From assembly GCA_964392925.1 (NCBI GenBank), contig CAYMRP010000005.1, positions 26,093-90,092 on the forward strand: DNA of 64,000 nucleotides, read 5' to 3'. Of the stretch, positions 57,307-64,000 are shown one piece after another. Both the position numbers and the translations under genes were made by a program. Position 1 is the first letter of the stretch. Each line of letters begins with the position of its first letter. The notes under the pieces were generated by a model. That model was not told the DNA's origin and ran no database searches. It saw nothing but the letters and a program-made list of their open reading frames with translations. Source of the DNA: an uncultured Gammaproteobacteria bacterium. GTDB taxonomy: Bacteria; Patescibacteriota; Microgenomatia; Daviesbacterales; UBA10151.

Positions 57307-57780
57307 ATGGGGAAAATAATTTCCGTATCTAAAATTAAAACTTTTGCCAAATCTTTAAAAAGTGAAGGCAAGACAATTGTTTTAGCTGGCGGTTGCTTCG
57401 ATATCCTTCACATTGGTCACATTACTTTTTTTCAAAAAGCCAAAAAAACTGGAGATATTCTGGTTCTGCTTTTGGAATCCGACCAGGCAATTAAAAATTT
57501 AAAAGGGGATAAGCGTCCGATTAACAAACAAGAAAACAGAGCCGAAATCCTATCAGCAATAGAAACAGTCGATTTAATTATCCCGCTCCCAAAGCCGTAC
57601 AAGAATGAAGACTACCAAAAACTGGTTACTGAAATCGCACCAAACATCATAGCAGTCACCTCCGGCGACCCAAACATCGAAAACAAAAAACTTCAAGCCA
57701 AATTAGTTGATGGGGAAGTCAAAATCGTCTTAAAACAAATCCCCGATCACTCAACAACTAAGCTCCTAGAATATTTCTAA
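57307..57780 (+). CDS. Cytidylyl/adenylyltransferase family protein (TagD/RfaE2-like)
   Basis: GGCFDILHIGH, KGDKRPI...RAEIL, HSTTKL. Confidence 0.88.
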   Translation: MGKIISVSKIKTFAKSLKSEGKTIVLAGGCFDILHIGHITFFQKAKKTGDILVLLLESDQAIKNLKGDKRPINKQENRAEILSAIETVDLIIPLPKPYKNEDYQKLVTEIAPNIIAVTSGDPNIENKKLQAKLVDGEVKIVLKQIPDHSTTKLLEYF

Positions 57781-57816
57781 GACAGCTAACTGTCACTAGG
57801 TCTTGCAAATAAGTTT

Positions 57817-59178
57817 TTAAAGGAGATCAAGTATCAATGTTGACCATCCAAAATTCTCTCTCCGATATCCCTGCCCTGTTTCCGGATTGTAATATTCTCT
57901 AAATCCCCATTTCTCAATCATCTTCACCATTCTGTCCACAATCAATTTCGCTGTCTTATCCTGTCCATGTTTTCGAAGACCTCTGACAATAAACCAATTA
58001 GTCGCAATCCAGGTCGGTCCTCTCCAAAGCATCTTCAATTCTTTATAAAAAGATAAGTAAATTTTATTAACTATCTTTCCCTGAATTCGATGTTCGTATT
58101 CTGGAAACTCCAGAGGAGAGTAGTTAATGTCATTTCTGGAAACTGTTGGTACAGGATAGCTTGTCCAAAACTCATCCGGATTAAGCAGATGCTTACTCAC
58201 GAGTAGTTCCATTTTATCTTTAGGTAAGTTCCCTAAGAATAGCGGAATCAAAGAAGCCGCAGTTTTAACTTTAGCTTTTTTCTCCTCCTTAGAATAAACA
58301 GAATAAAAAATACTATCCTCCTCATCCCACAATTTTTCTATCAGAGCCTTCTCGGTTTTATCAGCTGCTTTATCAAAAAAATCCGACTCCTTTTTATGTT
58401 CAGCTTTCGCATTAGGACTTGAAGTCCGGTCGCTTGCCAGCGCCTTATATAACCGGGAAATCGCCCGCGCATTCTCTACAAAAACTGTATTAAATAACAC
58501 CTCCTCAACATTAAAATAATCCTTCTTTAAAATCTTCTTACTATCAAAACCATTCATCTGATTTAATATATCTGGTTTTCTAAAAGCATAATGAAGTTGG
58601 ATTAAGTTCCGCCCAGAGAATCCACTGACCACCTGAAACACCGGCAATTCATCCATACCAGATTCATTTGGCGATATTATCGACACCAAATGATCTTTAT
58701 CCGGATCCCTATTTTCGAGAAGCCATTTATAATGCTTAGCCACTTTTGGCACAACATCCTTTAAAAATTCAACATCCTCATCCTTATCATAAATCTCTTC
58801 AATCGCAATTCCCAAAATAGGCGGTTGTGTTAACGCCGATGTGTGAGGGCGAAGTGATGGCTTACTTTCCAAAAAAGCCCAGTGAGGTAGATCGTATGTT
58901 TCTCCTTTCCAAAAAATAATATGCGGAATAAATCCGTCTTCCCATTGAGCCAGCAGATAATTTTGAATTTCTCTCTTCGCCCAATTAGTGTCGAAGTGAG
59001 AAAGCACAATCGCGTGAAACGCTGTATCCCACAGAAACTGATAAACATATTCTTTCTTAGCCGGAGCGATAAATTTATACTTAGTTTTTTTCCAGGAAGA
59101 ATATCCTTCTATTAAATTATTTTCAAAAATAGCTTTCGCTTTTTGAATATATTTTTCTTTCAGGGCAGTATTATTCAT
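57817..59178 (-). CDS. GH63-like (mannosylglycerate hydrolase/trehalase-like) glycoside hydrolase
   Basis: YQFLWDTAFH, GFIPHI, TQPP, ESGMDE, WRGPTW, FREYYNPETG.G...FGWS. Confidence 0.85.
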   Translation of the reverse strand: MNNTALKEKYIQKAKAIFENNLIEGYSSWKKTKYKFIAPAKKEYVYQFLWDTAFHAIVLSHFDTNWAKREIQNYLLAQWEDGFIPHIIFWKGETYDLPHWAFLESKPSLRPHTSALTQPPILGIAIEEIYDKDEDVEFLKDVVPKVAKHYKWLLENRDPDKDHLVSIISPNESGMDELPVFQVVSGFSGRNLIQLHYAFRKPDILNQMNGFDSKKILKKDYFNVEEVLFNTVFVENARAISRLYKALASDRTSSPNAKAEHKKESDFFDKAADKTEKALIEKLWDEEDSIFYSVYSKEEKKAKVKTAASLIPLFLGNLPKDKMELLVSKHLLNPDEFWTSYPVPTVSRNDINYSPLEFPEYEHRIQGKIVNKIYLSFYKELKMLWRGPTWIATNWFIVRGLRKHGQDKTAKLIVDRMVKMIEKWGFREYYNPETGQGYRRENFGWSTLILDLL

Positions 59179-59256
59179 AAATAAAAGTCTCATCAGCAAT
59201 GTATCAATCAATCGGTCAGGAGTAAAGTAAGAATTAGGATAAAAATGAAATGTGGA

Positions 59257-60240
59257 TTAGCTAAGTAGACCTTGTCTCGCAAGCGAGCTTCTTTTGATTC
59301 GTTCAATTAACACCTCTTGTGCCGCTTTTTTATTTGCGTCGTTACCAGCCCAAATTTTTAATGGAGCTCCAACAATCGCCCTCCCAAAAGATGCACTAAT
59401 TTTTTCTATGCCCTTTTCTTTTGCTAACTGACAAATTTTATTTAAGTATTGCTCAGACAATTCATCACTAATTCCACCTGATAAAAAGTTCATTCCAGCA
59501 ATCTCATTTGGAACATGACTCATTAATACTTCCAATGTTGCTTGGGCCACCTCTTCAACAGTAGGCGAGTCCGCGCAGTCTTCACCAGCAGTAATCATAT
59601 TCGGCTTTAAAATTGCCTCTGAATAGCGAACACCAGCTTTGAGAGTTTCCGCAAAAACCGCATCTAAAACTCGTCCTGTCACTTCAATATCCTTTTTTAA
59701 AGAATGAGAGCCGGTCCTCAAAACTTCAGGTTCAATCATTGGCACGAGTCCTGCATCCTGGCTCATTTTCGCCAAAATCGCTTGAACTTTTGCGTTAGCT
59801 TGGATTAACTGTTCTGACGGTGTGATTTCTGAAATCTTAAAAACACTTCTAAATTTAGTTGCCGCCGCCCCTAAACTTTTCCATTTCAACAATAATTCTT
59901 CTAAATCTTCGGCATATTTTGTTGTCTGCTCACCATTCTCCCCAAAATCTGTCAGACCTCCATCAATCTTTACTACAATAATAACTTTCTGTTTTTTCAA
60001 AGCCTCAACAACCTCCGGCACCTCTAGCATCTCTGGATGGAGAATTATTCCGGCAGCCCCAGCTTCTGCAATTGCCGCATCAGCAATCAACTCTCTCCAC
60101 TCAGACCGCATCTCAAAAGAATCAACTACCCCCACATTCTCTAGCCGGGTTTTCATAGTTGAAGGAGATTCATCAGCCGCCACAATAACTCCGGGGGGAG
60201 AAGATAGTTTTATTGCAATTTCACGCAAGTTATTTTCCAT
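59257..60240 (-). CDS. fba: Class I fructose-bisphosphate aldolase (eukaryote-like type)
   Basis: AADES, GLVPMIEPEVL, LKPNM (Schiff-base Lys), FLSGG, SFGRA. Confidence 0.9.
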   Translation of the reverse strand: MENNLREIAIKLSSPPGVIVAADESPSTMKTRLENVGVVDSFEMRSEWRELIADAAIAEAGAAGIILHPEMLEVPEVVEALKKQKVIIVVKIDGGLTDFGENGEQTTKYAEDLEELLLKWKSLGAAATKFRSVFKISEITPSEQLIQANAKVQAILAKMSQDAGLVPMIEPEVLRTGSHSLKKDIEVTGRVLDAVFAETLKAGVRYSEAILKPNMITAGEDCADSPTVEEVAQATLEVLMSHVPNEIAGMNFLSGGISDELSEQYLNKICQLAKEKGIEKISASFGRAIVGAPLKIWAGNDANKKAAQEVLIERIKRSSLARQGLLS

Positions 60241-60293
60241 AAAAAGATTATCTTAATTAATATTTGATATTGCTAGACTTCTTCATGACTTTC

Positions 60294-61298
60294 TCAGAGA
60301 ATCTGAAGTCCTTCCCAAGTTACAATAATTGTTTTTACTCGCGAGTTATTATAGCCGTCAACTCCAAACCAAGGATCCTCAGTTATCGGAGTAGCACTTA
60401 TTAAAATTGACTTAGGGTCGGCCGGCACTAAATCCTCAATTTCCATGATCTTTGCCTGCTCGATAATCTCTTTATCCTCAGAATAAATTCTTCCCTGAGC
60501 CTGTCCGCCGGAAGCTTTAGCTCCCGCAGCAGCAATAATACCTTCCTCCCATCCGCCACTGCCCATTACTAAGACTGCTTTGATATTCTTACCAATCTTC
60601 CGGCTCTTAATTTTCTTTAGTACCGAAATATCCAAAGTCGCCAAAAGCCCTGGCATTAAATCTCCGCCAGGTATCAAGTTTAAAGATACCCCCATTTTTT
60701 TAGCAGATTCTATCTCGTAGCTATTTCTTGGTCTATCTAAAATAACCACTGCTAATTCAAGCGGTTCTTCAATATTAAGTTCCTTAAGTGCAATCCGGAT
60801 ATTCTCCTCAGGCGATAACTCCAGTGAAATTTCCCCTTTCAATTGAGGCGGCCCAAATAATTTACTCATATAATCAAAATTACCTGTTGGCACCAAACCA
60901 TTTTTTTGATCAATTACCGCGGCGAGAATCGAAGTCGCACCTGGAATATTCCTTGAAGCAAAAGCTGTCCCTTCAACAGCATCATTCACAATTTCAACTT
61001 GAATCCCATTCTTTGGTCCGTATGAGCCATATAAATCAGGACTGGCAATTCCATCTCGTCTAGTATCTTTACGCCCCTCACTTCCTTTTATCTCAATATA
61101 AAAATCAGATTGAGTCTCGAAAACCTCTTGCATTGCCTCAACCGCCGCACCATCAATTAGTCTTCCGAAAGCCTTAAAGTCACGGGGTTCTGCATCAGAA
61201 TCGTGAAGATCAAGTATCTTCTTATACGAAGCGATAGCGGCCTTCTGTGTCGCCTCGATGAAAATCTTCCTAAATTTTTTACTTACGCTTTCTTGCAT
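60294..61298 (-). CDS. glpX: Class II fructose-1,6-bisphosphatase GlpX (divergent)
   Basis: DGAAVEAM, SEGRKD, DAVEGT, YMSKL, ILDRPRN, GSGGWEEGIIAAAG. ATG at 61298. Confidence 0.82.
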   Translation of the reverse strand: MQESVSKKFRKIFIEATQKAAIASYKKILDLHDSDAEPRDFKAFGRLIDGAAVEAMQEVFETQSDFYIEIKGSEGRKDTRRDGIASPDLYGSYGPKNGIQVEIVNDAVEGTAFASRNIPGATSILAAVIDQKNGLVPTGNFDYMSKLFGPPQLKGEISLELSPEENIRIALKELNIEEPLELAVVILDRPRNSYEIESAKKMGVSLNLIPGGDLMPGLLATLDISVLKKIKSRKIGKNIKAVLVMGSGGWEEGIIAAAGAKASGGQAQGRIYSEDKEIIEQAKIMEIEDLVPADPKSILISATPITEDPWFGVDGYNNSRVKTIIVTWEGLQIL

Positions 61299-61342
61299 AA
61301 AATAATTATAACTTCCTCTCCTTGACTTAATACTGACAGATC

Positions 61343-61495
61343 TTATTCGCAGCACGGATCTTTAAAACCGCAGTTCCTGCAAACTGCATCTACGCTTCCT
61401 GCTAGTACTCCGATAACAAAACCGCATTTAGGACAAGGCTGAGTATTCTCGTTTTGATAAGTCTTTCCCGGACCCTTGCTTGCAGTTGCCTTCAT
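61343..61495 (-). CDS. 50-aa CPxCG-type zinc-ribbon microprotein, absent from the ORF track
   Basis: Translates as MKATASKGPGKTYQNENTQPCPKCGFVIGVLAGSVDAVCRNCGFKDPCCE. Confidence 0.8.
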   Translation of the reverse strand: MKATASKGPGKTYQNENTQPCPKCGFVIGVLAGSVDAVCRNCGFKDPCCE

Positions 61496-61515
61496 ATTTG
61501 AATAATATATCACTC

Positions 61516-62406
61516 ATGGCAAGGAATCCTCATTTTTATAAAGCTAAGTCACGGGTTGGTCTAACAAATCCGCCTATTAGACATAGCGACCTAAACACTG
61601 GAGTCGAGGATGCACCCCATCAAATTCTTAACGGCTTCCTCCACAATTTCGCAGCAGCAAAGGTTGACGAATATACTTTTTCAGCTCCGGAAAAAATCTC
61701 TGATAATTATTGGCAAACTGTTGCCAAAGAACTTCAGGCTTTAAAGAATCTAATAAACGACAATTATATTTACGGAGAAACGCAGGTTGTTTTAGGCGGC
61801 GACAACACAGTGACTTTATCTTCACTGCAAGCAGTTATCGAAAGAATAGGGGAGCCATCAAAAATAGGATATATTCAATTTGATTCACATGGGGAAATGC
61901 ATCAGCTCAAAACCTCGCTTTCCAAAAACTTCCACGGTATGTATATGCGCCCTTTCTTTGATGATTTCGATGTTTCAGAGATAGACTTACTCGTCCCTAA
62001 AAAACTCAACCCGTCCCAAGCCTTAACTATTGGAGATATAGTTTTTGACGGCGACAATAGTGAGGAAGAAAGTTTTTATAAGGATAACCAAATCAGAAAT
62101 ATTAATAAGTCATTGTTTGATTCAAACCCGGAGAATTCTCTGGTGGAAATAAAAACTTTTGTCCAAAATTTTAAACATATTCATATTAACTTTGATATAG
62201 ACGTTTTTCACCGTTCTGAGTCAGAAGCGACTGGTCTACCTGAAGATGGAAAATGGTTAAAGCCGCAAATCTTTCAAATTTTAGAAATCCTTAAGCATTC
62301 AAAAAGTTTTTCAATCGATTTGGTTGAGATAAATCCGCAAAAACCCGGCGGCCAAAAAACTGTCAAACTTGCGCAGGAAATCCTGCTGTTTTTACTAAAA
62401 GATTAA
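61516..62406 (+). CDS. Arginase/ureohydrolase-family protein with altered metal ligands
   Basis: GVEDAP, LGGDNT, FDSHGE, NFHGM, FDIDVF, DLVEINP. ATG at 61516. Confidence 0.85.
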   Translation: MARNPHFYKAKSRVGLTNPPIRHSDLNTGVEDAPHQILNGFLHNFAAAKVDEYTFSAPEKISDNYWQTVAKELQALKNLINDNYIYGETQVVLGGDNTVTLSSLQAVIERIGEPSKIGYIQFDSHGEMHQLKTSLSKNFHGMYMRPFFDDFDVSEIDLLVPKKLNPSQALTIGDIVFDGDNSEEESFYKDNQIRNINKSLFDSNPENSLVEIKTFVQNFKHIHINFDIDVFHRSESEATGLPEDGKWLKPQIFQILEILKHSKSFSIDLVEINPQKPGGQKTVKLAQEILLFLLKD

Positions 62407-63131
62407 TAATCCTTATATCCTATGTAATAATCACAGAGAATATTATTCCGCAAAACGCCTAAATTGGCCAACAAATCCTCGAAATAATAAACCATAGTCT
62501 CAGGACCCGAAACATAAAAAACCGTTGAATCAATATCCTTAACTACTGATTGCACAGCTTTCTTATCAATTCTTCCGGGCCGGATATTTATATTCGAAGC
62601 AATTTCTAAAGCCTCTGTTGCACCAGAAATAAAATAACTTATCTTAAATTCCGGGTGTTTGCTCGATATCGTATCCAACTCATCATCAAAAATAATTTCC
62701 TGATTTTTATTAGCATAGAGAAGGGAAATATTCATTGGCTGATTGCTATGATCCATATCCTTAATTATCGACCTAAAAGGTGTAATCCCAATTCCTCCAG
62801 CTATAAATATATAATTTGATATTCCCTTGCGGACAGAGAAATCTCCTCGCGGTCCATTTACCTCAATATCTTCTCCAGGCGAAAGTTTAAAAAGTTTCTT
62901 TTTGAAGCTGCTGCCATCATCATAAATTCTGGTAGTCAGTTGAATAGTATTCTCAAAAGGAGCCGAAGCTATCGAAAAAAATCTATTCTGTCCGCGCAAA
63001 TCTGCCTCATTATCCTCAATCTTATAATGCAGATATTGTCCTGGAGTCCAACTAAAGCCTTCTGGAACTTCAAAATAGAAGCTAACAGTATTTTTATTTA
63101 TTACTTTTTTTTCTTTAAGTCGAATCCTCAT
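62403..63131 (-). CDS. FAD/NAD(P)-binding oxidoreductase (FNR-like)
   Basis: PGQY, RFFSIAS, GPRGDF, IAGGIGITPF, YVSGPETMV. ATG at 63131. Confidence 0.9.
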   Translation of the reverse strand: MRIRLKEKKVINKNTVSFYFEVPEGFSWTPGQYLHYKIEDNEADLRGQNRFFSIASAPFENTIQLTTRIYDDGSSFKKKLFKLSPGEDIEVNGPRGDFSVRKGISNYIFIAGGIGITPFRSIIKDMDHSNQPMNISLLYANKNQEIIFDDELDTISSKHPEFKISYFISGATEALEIASNINIRPGRIDKKAVQSVVKDIDSTVFYVSGPETMVYYFEDLLANLGVLRNNILCDYYIGYKDY

Positions 63132-63182
63132 ATAGGAAAAATAGTTTACCAAAACCTGATAACCTCAGCTAGCTTCAGACTC

Positions 63183-63211
63183 TTGCAAACCGAAGCTGAG
63201 CTCACTATACT
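63183..63211 (+). promoter_or_regulatory. Sigma70-type promoter TTGCAA-N17-TATACT
   Basis: Near-consensus hexamers with 17-bp spacing upstream of the ORF at 63242. Confidence 0.6.
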
Positions 63212-63241
63212 ATGGCCAACTGCTTAGAAAGGTAAATACCC

Positions 63242-63532
63242 ATGAGTCGAAATATCACTATTGTCGTCATTATTCTAATAATAATTTTGCTAGGAACTTA
63301 TTTAGTTTGGCTCAGAGATAAAGTTACCTCAAACCCAGCACCAACTCCGTCACCCGAGGTCATTGTTGTACCATCAGTAGATCCAACTCCTTCGCTCGCT
63401 CCAAGTCCTTCGGCATCTGCATCAGCTAGCCCCGCCACTGCCACAAAATCAGGTACAGTAAAATCGCCTTCCCCAAAAACAACCCCCAAAGCCTCAGTTA
63501 AAGCATCTGCTTCCCCAAGCGCATCCGAGTAG
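63242..63532 (+). CDS. Small membrane-anchored Pro/Ser/Ala/Thr-rich (mucin-like) protein
   Basis: N-terminal TM followed by only low-complexity SPSASA/PTPS sequence. Confidence 0.75.
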   Translation: MSRNITIVVIILIIILLGTYLVWLRDKVTSNPAPTPSPEVIVVPSVDPTPSLAPSPSASASASPATATKSGTVKSPSPKTTPKASVKASASPSASE

Positions 63533-63583
63533 GAAATTGGTAACTACTTGAGAATAAAACTAAAATCCTGTAAGTTGTAGTCA

Positions 63584-64000
63584 ATGGACACCTCAAAAAC
63601 TGAAAAGTTAATCATTATTGGTTCAGGCCCGGCCGGTTTAACAGCTGCTATTTATGCCGCTCGCGGTGGGCTAGAGCCTGTGGTCATAGCCGGACGTGCA
63701 GCTGGAGGTCAACTAATGTTAACTACCGATGTTGATGACTATCCTGGCTTTGAGGATGGTATTCAAGGCCCCGAACTAATGATGAAAATGCGCAAACAAG
63801 CTGAGCGTTTTAACGTCCGGTTTGTCGAAGAAGACGTTGAGTCAGTCGAATTCTCTCAAAAACCATTTACTATCAAAACCGAAACCAAACAACTGAAGAC
63901 AGAAACCGTTATTATCGCCACCGGCGCTCAGGCTTCCTGGCTCGGTTTGGAATCTGAAACCAGACTTCGCGGTCGTGGTGTTTCAGCCTGTGCAGTCTGC
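63584..64000 (+). CDS. trxB: Thioredoxin-disulfide reductase (3'-partial), absent from the ORF track
   Basis: MDTSKTEKLIIIGSGPAGLTAAIY, GGQLMLTT..DDYPGF, IIATGA, GRGVSACAVC at the window end. Confidence 0.95.
   Translation, partial: MDTSKTEKLIIIGSGPAGLTAAIYAARGGLEPVVIAGRAAGGQLMLTTDVDDYPGFEDGIQGPELMMKMRKQAERFNVRFVEEDVESVEFSQKPFTIKTETKQLKTETVIIATGAQASWLGLESETRLRGRGVSACAVC

Noticed and set aside
1-64000. Alternative genetic code (UGA=Gly, as in Gracilibacteria/Absconditabacteria), tRNA/rRNA genes, IS elements
   Set aside because: Conserved genes are full length under code 11 with TGA used as a stop (e.g. 15001-15003); I saw no cloverleaf, rRNA-like or transposase sequence, and intergenic gaps are small.

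Overview
Gene-dense, AT-rich chromosomal segment of a small-genome bacterium using standard code 11. Gene content and gene shapes (short IF2, AlaRS, HrcA and HolA; a baseplate-J-like membrane protein; many Pro/Ser-stalk surface proteins; FemABX, LCP and MurJ) point to Patescibacteria/CPR, probably Microgenomates; this placement is an inference. Housekeeping loci: pcrA, trxA, tpiA, rpsT, murJ, lepA, hrcA-grpE-dnaK-dnaJ with a CIRCE element, nusA-infB, rpsO, pnp, rnj, ftsK, alaS, msrA, fba, glpX and a partial trxB. I found no rRNA, tRNA, CRISPR array, IS element or prophage. Best leads: (1) a pnp / membrane protein / Lon-AAA-only / RNase J cluster in which the Lon-derived ATPase lacks the protease domain and the substrate-gripping pore-loop Tyr, and PNPase has an RGG tail; (2) a surface protein with five knottin-like 6-Cys repeats and an internal signal peptide; (3) two Cys-rich microproteins missed by the ORF track (29739-29897 and 61343-61495); (4) structured leaders ahead of rpsO (pseudoknot), ftsK (three-way junction), pnp and nusA; (5) a window-wide leaderless promoter architecture; (6) a pilN-pilO operon ending in a dockerin-like protein; (7) a DHH-fold protein and an arginase-fold protein with altered catalytic residues. 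All assignments come from reading motifs by eye; no database searches were run.
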